From NCBI GenBank assembly GCA_003551125.1, contig PULY01000028.1:1-33925 (forward strand): 33,925 nucleotides of DNA. The letters run 5' to 3'. This DNA comes from Candidatus Iainarchaeum sp. (GTDB lineage Archaea > B1Sed10-29). The position numbers and the translations under genes were made by a program. Shown piece by piece: positions 1 through 9,398 of this stretch; positions within the stretch are counted from its first letter, which is position 1; every line of letters starts with the position of its first letter. The notes under the pieces are model-generated. The model saw only the letters and a program-made list of their open reading frames with translations, did not search any database and had not been told where the DNA came from.

Positions 1-426
1 CATTTCTTCAGGTTCCAGTTTTTTCTTCGTTTCCTCTTTGTTATCTACTTTTTCCGCGTATTTTTTTCTTCCTATTTTTTTTCTCATTAGAATTCTTTTG
101 GCCCTTTCTTCTATATCCGCTGTTAGAAATATTTTTAGATCTGCATTTTGAACGTGATATGCGCTTAGTTTTCCGTTTATTACTATTTTTTCCTTTTTCT
201 TCATTTTCTTTTTCTGTTTTTGATCTATTTCTCTGTTGAATTTTCTCAGTTCTTCGGGTTCTTCTTCTTGTTTTTTCCAGAGTTGTTCTATTTCCAGTTC
301 TTTTTCTTTTGCTAATTTTCTGCACATTTCTCCTATTTTTATTACTTTATAGCCTAGTTCTTCACCTAACATGTCTGTGGCTGTGGTGTCTCCTGCTCCT
401 GGAGTTCCAGAAATAGTTATTATCAT
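1..426 (-). CDS. cmk: cytidylate kinase, archaeal type (C-terminal end lies beyond the window edge)
   Basis: Absent from the ORF track because it has no stop in the window. Hand translation from ATG (424-426) stays open to position 1: MIITISGTPGAGDTTATDMLGEELGYKVIKIGEMCRKLAKEKELEIEQLW...INGKLSAYHVQNADLKIFLTADIEERAKRI. This is the NMP-kinase pattern of archaeal Cmk. Its start forms an ATGA overlap with the DUF106 stop, and it sits in the canonical position after secY-adk-DUF106. Confidence 0.75.
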   Translation of the reverse strand, partial: MIITISGTPGAGDTTATDMLGEELGYKVIKIGEMCRKLAKEKELEIEQLWKKQEEEPEELRKFNREIDQKQKKKMKKKEKIVINGKLSAYHVQNADLKIFLTADIEERAKRILMRKKIGRKKYAEKVDNKEETKKKLEPEEM

Positions 427-845
427 TTTTTGTCTTTCTTCTTTCTTTTTCTATGTGTCTTATAGATTGCTTCGAGTATTAGGCTTACTGTTATTGAAAT
501 TAGTATGTACCACCATATCCAACTTAGACCTATGTTGAGAACTGGTAGGTGTGCTACGGTTCCTATTTCTCCAAATGTTCTTCTTAGCCATAGGAAAACT
601 AGCAGTATTGGTAGCATTGTTATTAGCATTGGTTTGAAGTTGTTTTTCATCATTTCCTTTGATAGTGAGAACATTTCTTTTTGAATCTCTTTGTCCTCTG
701 GCTTTTCTTTTGATTCTTTTTTCAGTTTATTCATCTCTTCTTTTATTTCTTCTACTCTGTCTTGATTAACTAATAGCTTTTGAACTAGTGTTGACATTGA
801 TGATACTATTACGGCTACTATTGCTATTGTTATTTGTGGGTCCAT
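423..845 (-). CDS. DUF106 / EMC3-TMCO1-like membrane protein (archaeal Oxa1-superfamily insertase candidate)
   Basis: 140 aa with TM1 (ITIAIVAVIVSSMSTLV), a charged coiled-coil (EEIKEEMNKLKKESKEK) and two C-terminal TMs. It occupies the conserved archaeal position between adk and cmk, next to secY. SD is GGTGA. Confidence 0.7.
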   Translation of the reverse strand: MDPQITIAIVAVIVSSMSTLVQKLLVNQDRVEEIKEEMNKLKKESKEKPEDKEIQKEMFSLSKEMMKNNFKPMLITMLPILLVFLWLRRTFGEIGTVAHLPVLNIGLSWIWWYILISITVSLILEAIYKTHRKRKKKDKK

Positions 846-860
846 TTATTTCACCTTTTT

Positions 861-1409
861 TTATTCTTTCATGGTTTTTACAAGTTCTTTACCGGCTTTT
901 TTTGATTTATTTGGTTTATTTTTAATTATTTTTATGACAGCTCCTGTTATGGTAGATATTGATGCTGCGTAGTACCTGTTTAGCTTTTGATGTTGTTCTG
1001 GTGGTAGTGTAAAATCACTTCTTTTCCTGGTTTTATCTTTTTTTCTCCTACTTCTTATTTCATTTGGTTCCGCTTCTATTAGTATTATTCGGTCCGGCTT
1101 TATTTTTTCCGCTACCCATTTTGGTATTCCTGGTACTATTCCTTTTGGTGTTTCTATAGCCAGATGTGTATCTATTAGCAGTTTCTTTTTTTTCTTCATT
1201 TTTTTTGCTGTTTCTTTCTGGAGTTTTTTAGTTTTTTCTGGCGATAGTTTTCTTATTTGGTCTCTATCTTCCACTATTTCTCGTTTTTTTGCCGTTTCAA
1301 GCATTTTTGTTCCAAAGTTAACTGTTTCATATTTCGGTAGTTGTTTTGATGCTTCTTTTAGAACTGTTGTTTTTCCAACTCCAGGTATTCCTATTATTAT
1401 AGCTTTCAT
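861..1409 (-). CDS. adkA: adenylate kinase, archaeal type
   Basis: P-loop GIPGVGKTT, followed by DRDQIRKL, IDTHLAIETPKGIVPGIPKWV and EQHQKLNRYYAASIS, matching archaeal AdkA. Lies directly downstream of secY. Confidence 0.85.
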   Translation of the reverse strand: MKAIIIGIPGVGKTTVLKEASKQLPKYETVNFGTKMLETAKKREIVEDRDQIRKLSPEKTKKLQKETAKKMKKKKKLLIDTHLAIETPKGIVPGIPKWVAEKIKPDRIILIEAEPNEIRSRRKKDKTRKRSDFTLPPEQHQKLNRYYAASISTITGAVIKIIKNKPNKSKKAGKELVKTMKE

Positions 1410-1468
1410 TTTTCCACCTTTTTGAGGGGTTTGGGTGAGCCGAACTATTCTCTTAAATATTTAAAAGC

Positions 1469-2851
1469 TTAAGTTGGTAGTTTGCTTGGATCTATTCCAG
1501 GTATATCTCTAAATGCTTCTTCACTGGCTAATGATTCGTAGATTTGGTATAGGATTCCTACTAGTAGTAGTATTCCCATTCCTGTTCCTACTGCTCCCGT
1601 TAGATCAGCTAGTACTGCTAATATAGCTACTGCTGCTGCTGATATAGTTATTAATGGCGGTATGTATCGGTCCAAAACTCTTTTTATTACTCTTTTATCT
1701 CTTCGGAATCCTGGGACATGTAGACCTATTCCTTTTAGTTGGTCAGCTACGTCTTCACTGGTCATATTACTCATTTTTGCCCAGAACTTTCCAAATACTA
1801 TTGCACCTAAAATCATTCCTCCTGTATAGAAGAGTATTTGAAATATTGTTCTTGGATCTTGTGCGGTTGCTCTTATGTCTGCGGGCGTTCCAAGTGCTCC
1901 GTGTGGTGCTTGTAAGTAATAAGCTACTCCGGATACTGGTTGATTATCGTGAAATTCTCCTAATATCGGCATTCCCATTCTATCCATCGCTATCCCCCAT
2001 AGTTGTATGTTTGCGAATAGCGCTGCTACGAATATTACAGGTATTACTGATAGATACATGAATTTTAATGGGTATTTTGTTCCTCTTCCTCTCATTCTGC
2101 TTGAGGTTAGTGGTATCTCAACTTTCATGGTTTGTACGTAAACAGCTATTAGGAAAACGACTGCTGTGAATATTATTGGGAATATTGCTTCTGTAGGTAT
2201 GTTTCCCATTATTGTTCCCCTCATTATTTGAGGTATGAGTCCTATGAATTCTCCTGTTCCTGGTATGGTTGCCCAGCTAAATAGTCTCCACATTATTGTT
2301 GATGATACTCCTGCTACAATGAATAGTCCTACTCCTGAACCTATGCCGTATTTTGATACTACTTCGTCCAGGTATATGATCATGATTCCTCCTACTGCTA
2401 GTTGTAGGATAAGTATTGCTGATGTTAGTCCTCCTCCTGTGGCTGGTATGAATCCACTTATTACGTATACTCCCGCTTCAAAGAAACAGAATACTATTGC
2501 CAGTAATTTCTGTGTTCCTTGGAAAAGTGATTTTTGAGAAGGGTCACTCATATCCATATTTATTATGTCTGCTCCGATTAGAAGTTGTAATATAATTGAT
2601 GCCATTACGATAGGTCCAATTCCCAGTGTTGCTAGTGTACCTAGCTCTGAAGCTGTTATTAATTGTAGACTTTCTAGGAATTCACCTTGTTCAGCTATCG
2701 CTGCTCCTATTGGTCTTATTATTCCTAGTACTAAAAATGTCGTTAAGGCTACTCCTGTCCAAATAAGCCTTTTCTTTAACTTAGGTGTTATGTCAGGTTC
2801 TCTTACTTCGGGTAATATTTCTATTAGTGGTCTTAGTATGTTTAAGTTCAC
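1469..2851 (-). CDS. secY: preprotein translocase subunit SecY
   Basis: 460 aa, multi-TM, N-terminus LPEVREPDITPKLKKRLIWTGVAL, positioned after uL15. The start codon is GTG (2849-2851), preceded by GGTGGA. Confidence 0.95.
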   Translation of the reverse strand: MNLNILRPLIEILPEVREPDITPKLKKRLIWTGVALTTFLVLGIIRPIGAAIAEQGEFLESLQLITASELGTLATLGIGPIVMASIILQLLIGADIINMDMSDPSQKSLFQGTQKLLAIVFCFFEAGVYVISGFIPATGGGLTSAILILQLAVGGIMIIYLDEVVSKYGIGSGVGLFIVAGVSSTIMWRLFSWATIPGTGEFIGLIPQIMRGTIMGNIPTEAIFPIIFTAVVFLIAVYVQTMKVEIPLTSSRMRGRGTKYPLKFMYLSVIPVIFVAALFANIQLWGIAMDRMGMPILGEFHDNQPVSGVAYYLQAPHGALGTPADIRATAQDPRTIFQILFYTGGMILGAIVFGKFWAKMSNMTSEDVADQLKGIGLHVPGFRRDKRVIKRVLDRYIPPLITISAAAVAILAVLADLTGAVGTGMGILLLVGILYQIYESLASEEAFRDIPGIDPSKLPT

Positions 2852-2879
2852 TTATCCACCTTTTTGGTAACTTTTTAAT

Positions 2880-3266
2880 TTATTTATCTATTTTAATTGC
2901 TTTTCCGCCTTTTTCTTCAATTTTTCTCTCTGCGGAGCTTGAGAATTTTTGAGCTTTTATCTTGATTGGTTTTTTGAGTTGTCCTCCACCCAGTACTTTT
3001 TCGTATCCGTGTTCTTTTAGATTTATCTCTTCTGTTTCTTCCGTTATAAGTTCATTTATATCTGTTAAGTTTATTCCCGTTTCTTCCGGTTTTTTGGTGC
3101 TGAATCCTTTTTTCCTTTTTAGTCCTTTCTTGACTAAGTGCATGTAGTTTCTTCCACCTTTTCTTGATGCTGTTCCTTTTCTGCTTCCTCGTCCTCTTCC
3201 GTGTTTTGTATTTCCTCTTCCGTGGGTTCTGCTTCCTCTGTGTTTCTTTTTCTTTTTCTTAGCCAT
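2880..3266 (-). CDS. rpl15: 50S ribosomal protein uL15
   Basis: G/R-rich N-terminus HRGSRTHGRGNTKHGRGRGSRKG plus spc-operon synteny. The start is trimmed to ATG 3264-3266 because the track's upstream GTG lies inside the GGTG SD. Confidence 0.9.
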   Translation of the reverse strand: MAKKKKKKHRGSRTHGRGNTKHGRGRGSRKGTASRKGGRNYMHLVKKGLKRKKGFSTKKPEETGINLTDINELITEETEEINLKEHGYEKVLGGGQLKKPIKIKAQKFSSSAERKIEEKGGKAIKIDK

Positions 3267-3281
3267 TTTCACACCTCTTTG

Positions 3282-3656
3282 TTAAATCATTCTTTCTATT
3301 AATTGGTTTATTCCTTTTCCTCTATTTCCTAGTTCTCCTTTGTTGTTGTAGTGTCTTTTTTTGGATCCTTTGAATCCTCCTTTTGGAGGGTGTAGTTTGA
3401 TTGTTTTTTCTATTCCTTTTTCTTCGATATTCTTTGGTTTTTCTATTTCTTTTTTATCCAGCAGTTTTTCCAGTGTTTCTTGGTTTATTTCTCCCCATGT
3501 TACGTAACCTTCAACTTTCTTTAGCATTCCTTCGTAACTTTTTTTATCCGGTAGTATCCTGCAATTATGAGTATTTTTTAATTTAAGCATTTCTAGAGTG
3601 TCTCTTGTTTTTTTTGGAAGATTTACATTTCCTCTTAGTCTTATTGCTGCTATCAT
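3282..3656 (-). CDS. rpl30: 50S ribosomal protein uL30
   Basis: N-terminus MIAAIRLRGNVNLPKKTRDTLEMLKL. ATGA overlap with the uS5 stop. Synteny supports the call. Confidence 0.9.
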   Translation of the reverse strand: MIAAIRLRGNVNLPKKTRDTLEMLKLKNTHNCRILPDKKSYEGMLKKVEGYVTWGEINQETLEKLLDKKEIEKPKNIEEKGIEKTIKLHPPKGGFKGSKKRHYNNKGELGNRGKGINQLIERMI

Positions 3657-4276
3657 TTTCCTTCACCTTTTTGTTTTTCTTTTTGTCTTTTTTCTCTTGT
3701 TTGTTTTAATGCTTTCAAGGTTGCTTTTCCGTAGTTTTTGTTTGTTCTTGTTTTTCCTCTTGTTTTTGTCCATGCGTCTTTTATTCCTGCTAGTTTGAGT
3801 ATTTTTTTAGCTGTTTCTCCTGCTACTATCCCGGTTCCTTTTGGTGCTGGTTTGATTGTTATTTCAGTGGATCCTTCTTTTCCTTTGACTGTTAGAGGTA
3901 TTGAATGTTCTTCTCCACATCCACATTCCCATGATCCACATCCTCTTCTTATTGATTGTACGTTTCTTTTTGCGTTTTTTACCGCTTTTTCTATTGTTGG
4001 TCCGTATTCTCTTCCTTTTTGTTCTCCTATTCCTACGTGACCATTTTTATCTCCTACTGCTACTGTTATGTTTAACGAGAATTTTCTTCCTGAGTCAGTT
4101 ACTCTTGTTACTCTCATTACATCTATCTTTTCTTCTTCCATTCTAGGTAATAGTTTTTCTACAATTTCATGTTCCAGTATAGGTTTTCTATATTTGTAGA
4201 TTTGTTCGAAGTTCGTTATTTCTCCGTTTTTTACTTTTCTTCCTAATTCTGTTTTTGGTTCCCAATTTTCCGTCAT
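3653..4276 (-). CDS. rps5: 30S ribosomal protein uS5
   Basis: Contains VTRVTDSGRKFSLNITVAVGDKNGHVGIGEQKG. Synteny supports the call. Confidence 0.95.
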   Translation of the reverse strand: MTENWEPKTELGRKVKNGEITNFEQIYKYRKPILEHEIVEKLLPRMEEEKIDVMRVTRVTDSGRKFSLNITVAVGDKNGHVGIGEQKGREYGPTIEKAVKNAKRNVQSIRRGCGSWECGCGEEHSIPLTVKGKEGSTEITIKPAPKGTGIVAGETAKKILKLAGIKDAWTKTRGKTRTNKNYGKATLKALKQTREKRQKEKQKGEGK

Positions 4277-4303
4277 TTTATCTTTCCTCTTTTGATGGAT
4301 TTT

Positions 4304-4810
4304 TTATTTATTTTTTATTTTTTCAGCTATTTCATTTATTTTAAGGTCTTTATCTTTGTATTCTTCTATGTGTTTTCCTTTTATTCTTTCTTCATCTGGA
4401 AGTACTTTTTTACCGTGAGGTATTTCCATTCCTGCTTCAACTGCTCCTTTTAGAACAGCGAATGTTTTACTTCCTTTTACTGGTGTTCTACGGCCTATGT
4501 CGAGTACTGCTTCTTTTATTTCTTTTTCCTGCGCTCTTTTTCCTATTAGTAATCCTGTTAGGTATGCTGCAGGGATGTTTGAATAGTTTCCTTCATAACC
4601 GTATTCTTTTAGTTCTTTTGATATTGCTTGTGTAATGGTTTCGTCTCCTTTTGGATTATATTCGATTATTTGTGATATTATCGTATTATTTTGTATTCTT
4701 ACTACTAATCTTTTCTTTCTTGATTTTATTAGGCTGATTCTTTTTCTGTAATCAGTTTTACCTTCTCTTCTTCTTCGTCTTGGTACTCTGTATCTTTTTC
4801 CTTTAGCCAT
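4304..4810 (-). CDS. rpl18: 50S ribosomal protein uL18
   Basis: N-terminus RVPRRRREGKTDYRKRISLIKS. Synteny supports the call. Confidence 0.9.
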   Translation of the reverse strand: MAKGKRYRVPRRRRREGKTDYRKRISLIKSRKKRLVVRIQNNTIISQIIEYNPKGDETITQAISKELKEYGYEGNYSNIPAAYLTGLLIGKRAQEKEIKEAVLDIGRRTPVKGSKTFAVLKGAVEAGMEIPHGKKVLPDEERIKGKHIEEYKDKDLKINEIAEKIKNK

Positions 4811-5252
4811 CTTTATCTCCTTTTTTCAGATTTTTTTCTTTGATGTAGTTCATGAGTTGTCTTTTACTTTTGAATGTATTTCCTTTTATTTTTCTGTATA
4901 GGTCTTGATATGCTCCTTCCTTCAATTGTGGTTTTATTTTTTTCAGTTTTTTTCTTTGAGCTCTTACTCTTTGTATCCATTCATCTTTTGATTTTCTTCT
5001 AGCTTCTTTTGCTCCTTTTCTTTTTCCTTTTCCTTTCTTTCTTCCTTTTTTCTTTTGTGATTGTTTTTTTCTTGCTCTTCCTCTGCTGGTTCCTTTTTTC
5101 TGTTTTTTAACTATTGCTCCTTCTTTTATTTTTTCTTTGACGTCTTGTCTTGTCATTACTTCTCTTGCTTCCTCTGGTCTTATTATTTTGATTCTTTTTT
5201 CCCCTGTTTTCATGACCTTTGCTGCTAATGCTTTAACTTTATTTAGTTCCAT
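4803..5252 (-). CDS. rpl19e: 50S ribosomal protein eL19
   Basis: Contains LAAKVMKTGEKRIKI with a basic tail. The start is set to ATG 5250-5252 because the track's GTG (MIKM...) is part of the GTGAT SD. Confidence 0.9.
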   Translation of the reverse strand: MELNKVKALAAKVMKTGEKRIKIIRPEEAREVMTRQDVKEKIKEGAIVKKQKKGTSRGRARKKQSQKKKGRKKGKGKRKGAKEARRKSKDEWIQRVRAQRKKLKKIKPQLKEGAYQDLYRKIKGNTFKSKRQLMNYIKEKNLKKGDKDG

Positions 5253-5260
5253 TTTTATCA

Positions 5261-5638
5261 CTATTTGTTGATTATTTTGAAGTTTTTATCTTCCGCTTTT
5301 TCTATTATTTTTTCTTTTTTTCTTTTTCCAACGCTTCCAGCTATTCTTATTGCGTGTTTTTCAGGATTTAATTTTTCTATTTGATTTGGATTATGTATTA
5401 GTTTGTCTTCATATCCTGATGGGTGTAGTCCTCTTATTTCTCGAGGCTGTCCGTAACCTATGCTTGGTTTTTTTGGTGTTTCTTTTTTTCCTTTTCTTTG
5501 TTTTGAATTCATTCCTCTTGGTCTTCTCCAGTTTTCCTTTAATTTTTTGTATCTTGTTCTTTGTCTCTTGAATTTTGGTTTTTTTCTTTTTCCACTGACT
5601 GGTGTTCTTTTGTTTTTTTCCGTTTTTTCTTTTGTCAT
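5261..5638 (-). CDS. rpl32e: 50S ribosomal protein eL32
   Basis: Contains KPKFKRQRTRYKKLKENWRRPRGMNSKQR. The start is set to ATG 5636-5638, downstream of the GGTGGAT SD. Confidence 0.9.
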   Translation of the reverse strand: MTKEKTEKNKRTPVSGKRKKPKFKRQRTRYKKLKENWRRPRGMNSKQRKGKKETPKKPSIGYGQPREIRGLHPSGYEDKLIHNPNQIEKLNPEKHAIRIAGSVGKRKKEKIIEKAEDKNFKIINK

Positions 5639-5652
5639 TTTATCCACCTTGG

Positions 5653-6177
5653 TTACTTGGCTTTTTTCACTATGTATATTCCATCTTCGAATACTCTTGG
5701 ATCTTTATTTTTTATCCATGTTTTTTGTTCTAGGTTTGCTGCTGTTTGCCCTGCTTTTTCTTTGTTTTTTCCTTTTATGGTTATTTCTTCTCCTTTTATT
5801 TCTACTTCTGTGTCTCCCAGTATGTCAACGTATCTGGGTTTTTGTTCACCTGAGAAGTTTTCTATTTTTATTTTGTCTCCTTCTTTTTTTACTTTCATCG
5901 GGAAGTGTCGGTATATTATTCTGAGTTTGTATTCATGTCCTTCTTGTAGTCCTTTTATCATGTTTTTTATTTTTCCTTGTATTGTTCCCAGCATTGCTTT
6001 TTCATGTTTTTTAACCGGTTCTTCCGCTGTGATTGTGATTTTGTCTCCTTCTTTTTTGAGTTTTATTTTTCCCAAATCGAATTTTTCTTCCAATGTTTCT
6101 CCGTTTTTCTCTACTTTTACAGTATCTTTGGAGATCTCAATTTCCATTTCTTCCGGTATTTCAACTTCTCTTTGCAT
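5653..6177 (-). CDS. rpl6: 50S ribosomal protein uL6
   Basis: 174 aa with the two-domain uL6 pattern (IPEEMEIEISKDTVKVEKNGE...). Lies between uS8 and eL32. Confidence 0.9.
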   Translation of the reverse strand: MQREVEIPEEMEIEISKDTVKVEKNGETLEEKFDLGKIKLKKEGDKITITAEEPVKKHEKAMLGTIQGKIKNMIKGLQEGHEYKLRIIYRHFPMKVKKEGDKIKIENFSGEQKPRYVDILGDTEVEIKGEEITIKGKNKEKAGQTAANLEQKTWIKNKDPRVFEDGIYIVKKAK

Positions 6178-6198
6178 TTTTTCACCTTTTGTTACTTC

Positions 6199-6582
6199 TT
6201 AGTATACGTATGCTATTACTCTTCCTCCGATTTCTCTTTCATCTGCTTCTTCTGCTGTCATTATGCCTTTTGATGTTGTTACTATGAGATGTCCGAATCC
6301 CTCAGCTGGCAGGTAACTTTCTTTCCATTTTGAGTATTCGTTTTTCTTTACAGGGTATCTTGGCTTTATCGCTTTACAGTCATTTATTGTTCCTTTTAGC
6401 ATTACTCTGTATATTCCTGCTTTTCCATCCTCTATAAATTCATACTCTCCTATGTATCCTTTCTTTTGGAGTATTTTAAGTATGTTTCCAATTAGTTTTG
6501 AAGCTGGTTTTATTACGCATTCTTCTTTACTCGCTTCTTCGGAGTTTTTGAGGTTTATCATTGCTTCTCCTAGTCTATCCAT
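6199..6582 (-). CDS. rps8: 30S ribosomal protein uS8
   Basis: Contains LGEAMINLKNSEEASKEEC...GGRVIAYVY. The start is set to ATG 6580-6582, after the GTGAT SD. Confidence 0.9.
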   Translation of the reverse strand: MDRLGEAMINLKNSEEASKEECVIKPASKLIGNILKILQKKGYIGEYEFIEDGKAGIYRVMLKGTINDCKAIKPRYPVKKNEYSKWKESYLPAEGFGHLIVTTSKGIMTAEEADEREIGGRVIAYVY

Positions 6583-6605
6583 TTTTATCACGTTTTTTGT
6601 TTTTT

Positions 6606-6779
6606 TTAATCGCCGTATTTTCTAAATCCTAATTCTTCTGCTTTTTCACGGAAGCATTTTCTACATATTAGTAATCCGTATTTTCTTATTACTCCATGTC
6701 TGTTTCCGCAGAATCTACATATTCTTTCTTTTTCTCCTTTTCTTGAGTATGAAAACCGTTTTTCTTTTTCTTTTGTCAT
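6606..6779 (-). CDS. rps14: 30S ribosomal protein uS14 (zinc-binding type)
   Basis: Contains [25 protein letters not shown]. The start is set to ATG 6777-6779, preceded by AAGGTGA. The track's upstream ATG overlaps the uL5 stop and remains an alternative. Confidence 0.9.
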   Translation of the reverse strand: MTKEKEKRFSYSRKGEKERICRFCGNRHGVIRKYGLLICRKCFREKAEELGFRKYGD

Positions 6780-6790
6780 CTTTTCACCTT

Positions 6791-7300
6791 TCATTCTTTA
6801 ATCTCTATATCAAATTTATTTTTTAGATATTTGATAGTTTCTTCTGGCTTTAGCCTGTGTTTTTTAGGAGTTTTTTTCCTTTCTATTTTTCTTTTGGAGT
6901 TTCTGTATCCCCATTTTTTCATTGTGATGTTTATATCCATTCCAATCATTCCTATTTTTGCATCATATTCTATTCCTGGTATATCTATGTATTCTGAGAT
7001 TCCAAAGTTTAGGTTTCCATGTTCATCGAAGTTTTTTCTTTTGACTTCATTTCCTACTGCTTTGAATGCTTTTTCAATCATTTTTTCCGCTTTTTCTCCT
7101 CTTAGTGTTACTTTTGTACCTATTGCTTTTCCTTCTCTGACGTCCCATTGAGGTTCTTTAGATTTTCCTCTTGTTTTAACTGGTTTTTTTCCTGTTATCT
7201 TTTCCAGTAGTTTTTGTGCTTTGTTTAGTTCTTCCCCTGATGTTCCTACTCCTATGTTTACTGTTACTTTTTCTATTCCTATTTTTTCTTGTTCAGTCAT
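6791..7300 (-). CDS. rpl5: 50S ribosomal protein uL5
   Basis: Contains [17 protein letters not shown]...[11 protein letters not shown]. Synteny supports the call. Confidence 0.95.
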   Translation of the reverse strand: MTEQEKIGIEKVTVNIGVGTSGEELNKAQKLLEKITGKKPVKTRGKSKEPQWDVREGKAIGTKVTLRGEKAEKMIEKAFKAVGNEVKRKNFDEHGNLNFGISEYIDIPGIEYDAKIGMIGMDINITMKKWGYRNSKRKIERKKTPKKHRLKPEETIKYLKNKFDIEIKE

Positions 7301-7310
7301 TTTTTCACCT

Positions 7311-8018
7311 TTAGTTTACTCTTGTTTTTATTTCAGGTTTATCTTTTCCTATTGGGAATACATTTCTTTCTTGTGTTTCTATATTCTCTAGTTTTATCAG
7401 AGCTGGTCTTGATTTTGTTCCTGGCATTTTTCCTGTTATTTTTTGTATTTCTCCGGCATGTTTTCCTCTTTTTATGTATGCTTGGTTTCCTTTTTTGAGT
7501 TCGATTATTTTCTCTAATTTATTTTCAGGTATTTTTATTTTTACGGTGTCTCCTGTTTTTGCTTCATCGCTTATTAAGTTTCTACCGTCATGGAGAGTTA
7601 TTTGTGTTTCTCCACCTTTTATTTTCTGTCTTCTTTTTACTCTGCCTAGTTTGTATTTTGCTTCTTTTTCATTTATCTCGATGAATTCTATTTTTCCTCT
7701 TTCGTTGTAGGTTGCTCTGTAGTCTTTTTCACTTGGCTTTATTGTTAATACATCCATAAAGCCTACGGCGTGTTTTGGATTTTTTACTGTGTTTTTATCT
7801 ATTTCTATTTTTCCTTCTTTGATTATTTTTTCCGCTTCTTTACCGTTTTCAACTACTTTTAAGTGGTCTCTTAGAGCTGTTTTTAGAGGTACTGCTTCTT
7901 CTAATTTGTGTGTTCCTGGAGATGGTTTTACTGTCCAGGTGTTTGCTTTTTTATTTATTTTGAGCGTTTTCGGCGCGTTTAGTCTTTTTCTACTCTTACT
8001 CGCTTTAGTCATTTTCAT
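7311..8018 (-). CDS. rps4e: 30S ribosomal protein eS4
   Basis: Contains KRLNAPKTLKINKKANTWTVKPSPGTH. An alternative start lies 6 nt downstream (8012). Overlaps the uL24 3' end by 14 nt. Confidence 0.9.
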   Translation of the reverse strand: MKMTKASKSRKRLNAPKTLKINKKANTWTVKPSPGTHKLEEAVPLKTALRDHLKVVENGKEAEKIIKEGKIEIDKNTVKNPKHAVGFMDVLTIKPSEKDYRATYNERGKIEFIEINEKEAKYKLGRVKRRQKIKGGETQITLHDGRNLISDEAKTGDTVKIKIPENKLEKIIELKKGNQAYIKRGKHAGEIQKITGKMPGTKSRPALIKLENIETQERNVFPIGKDKPEIKTRVN

Positions 8019-8388
8019 CCTCTTTTATTTCATCTTTTTTTAGTTTTTTCTCTCTTTTTTTATCTTCAGTATCTATTTTTGTAATCATGAGGTTTGATGG
8101 ATGGAATTTGATGTTTACTCTTTCTTGATCTTGTGTTTCTCTTTCTATGTCTTTTATTTCAACTGTGTAGTCATTCAGGTTTACTCTTTCTACTTTCCCT
8201 GTTTTTCCTTTTTTATCTCCTCTTAATATTTTTACTTTATCTCCTTTTCTTACTTGTACTCTTCTTTTTCCAAATTCTTCTTTTAGCTCTGGTTTTAGCG
8301 TTGCAGACATCTTTTTTTGTCTTTGATGAAGAGCTGCGTTTTTTTCTAGTTTTCTTTGTTTTCCTGGTTTTTTTGTATTTCTTTTCAT
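8005..8388 (-). CDS. rpl24: 50S ribosomal protein uL24
   Basis: KOW motif VRKGDKVKILRGDKKGKTGKVERV. Synteny supports the call. Confidence 0.9.
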   Translation of the reverse strand: MKRNTKKPGKQRKLEKNAALHQRQKKMSATLKPELKEEFGKRRVQVRKGDKVKILRGDKKGKTGKVERVNLNDYTVEIKDIERETQDQERVNIKFHPSNLMITKIDTEDKKREKKLKKDEIKEDEND

Positions 8389-8399
8389 TTTATCACTTA

Positions 8400-8798
8400 T
8401 TAAACAACATTTTTCGCAATTGTAGCTACTTTTGGCATTCTTTCTCCCACTTCTTTTGCTACTACTCCTTTTATCTCATTTCCTACAGGTACTCCTTTAT
8501 CGTCTATTAGTACTGCTGCGTTATCTTCAAATTTTATCCTTCGTCCGTTTGGTCTTTTAAATTCTTTTTTTTGCCTTATTAATATTGCTCTTACTAATTC
8601 TCTTCTCATTTCTACTTTTCCTTCTATTACTGATGCTTTGAATGTTTCAGATACTCCTATCCCTGGTCTTCTCCTTCTTCTTCCTTTTCCGCCTTCTTTT
8701 GAGACTATCCTGATTTTCTTTGCTCCGCTATTATCATCTACTTTGACTTTACTTCCTATTCTGACTGCTTGTGTTATGTTTGTTGCTAATCCTTTCAT
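8400..8798 (-). CDS. rpl14: 50S ribosomal protein uL14
   Basis: Contains VKVDDNSGAKKIRIV...IRQKKEFKRPNG. Synteny supports the call. Confidence 0.95.
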   Translation of the reverse strand: MKGLATNITQAVRIGSKVKVDDNSGAKKIRIVSKEGGKGRRRRRPGIGVSETFKASVIEGKVEMRRELVRAILIRQKKEFKRPNGRRIKFEDNAAVLIDDKGVPVGNEIKGVVAKEVGERMPKVATIAKNVV

Positions 8799-8799
8799 T

Positions 8800-9087
8800 T
8801 TAATCGCCTATTTTTTTTGTTACCACAAAGTGTTTTTTCTTGCTTATTGGTCTGCATTCTGTTACTTGGACTGTATCTCCTTCTTTTATATCTTGACATT
8901 GAGGTTTGTGAGCTGTTATTTTACTGTGTCTTCTTTCGCTTCTTTCGTATTTTGGAACTTTAACTAGGTATTCTCTTCTTCCTATTATTGTGTCTTTTGG
9001 TTTCGTTGATGTGACTTTTATTTTGAATGTGTTTCCGTATGTTTTTATTGATCCGTGTTTAGGGCAATTTTTATCTGTACAGGTCAT
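8800..9087 (-). CDS. rps17: 30S ribosomal protein uS17
   Basis: N-terminus CTDKNCPKHGSIKTYG, then ...VTECRPISKKKHF. GGAGG SD. Overlaps the Rpp29 3' end by 17 nt. Confidence 0.9.
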   Translation of the reverse strand: MTCTDKNCPKHGSIKTYGNTFKIKVTSTKPKDTIIGRREYLVKVPKYERSERRHSKITAHKPQCQDIKEGDTVQVTECRPISKKKHFVVTKKIGD

Positions 9088-9382
9088 TATATTTCCTCCA
9101 ATTTTTCTTTATTCTGTCTTCAGGTCTTTGTTTTATTTCTTCTCCTTTTATTTCAATTTCTTGGTTTTTTTCTTTGAATGTGAATTTTGAGGTCTTTTTT
9201 GGTATTGTTTTTTCTTCTCCATTTTTTGTTTCAATTTTTACAGTGTTTTTTGTCTCATCCACTATTTTACCTTTTATTCCTCTCTTATTTGGGTCTTTGC
9301 TCTCTTTTACTTCCGTTTTTTTGCCTATCAATTCACCCATTATCAATTGGGCTTTTTTTCTCTTTTCTTGTTTTATTGACAT
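9071..9382 (-). CDS. rnp1: RNase P protein component 1 (Rpp29/Pop4)
   Basis: Contains ELIGKKTEVKESKDPNKRGIKGKIVDETKNTVKIETKNGEEKTIPK. Sits in the conserved slot between uL29/SUI1 and uS17. Confidence 0.85.
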   Translation of the reverse strand: MSIKQEKRKKAQLIMGELIGKKTEVKESKDPNKRGIKGKIVDETKNTVKIETKNGEEKTIPKKTSKFTFKEKNQEIEIKGEEIKQRPEDRIKKNWRKYNDLYR

Positions 9383-9398
9383 TTTTTTCGTTTTGTGG

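Noticed and set aside
41-325. 94-aa minus-strand ORF (MQKISKRKRTGNRTT...)
   Set aside because: It is out of frame inside the cmk reading frame (1-426). Its R/K/N low-complexity product is typical of an alternative frame in purine-rich coding DNA.
388-411. The cmk P-loop reads GTPGAGDTT, lacking the Walker-A lysine
   Set aside because: As far as I recall, archaeal-type cytidylate kinases commonly lack the canonical GK(S/T) lysine (GxGTTT-like loops), so I do not treat this as inactivation. It remains unverified without an alignment.
1410-1468. Shared TTAAATAT...CCCAAAC string upstream of adk (1410-1468) and uL3 (14380-14420) as a common promoter/initiator motif
   Set aside because: The spacing differs by ~6 nt between the two sites, and the shared core is only 7 nt. 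This is too weak to call without genome-wide statistics.
5253-5261. GTG-initiated 3-codon extensions (MIKM.., MDKM.., MKKM.., MIIM..) on eL19, uS8, eL32, uS7, uS10 and uL15
   Set aside because: The GTG is part of the GGTGAT/GTGA Shine-Dalgarno sequence 4-8 nt upstream of the real ATG. This is an ORF-caller artefact.
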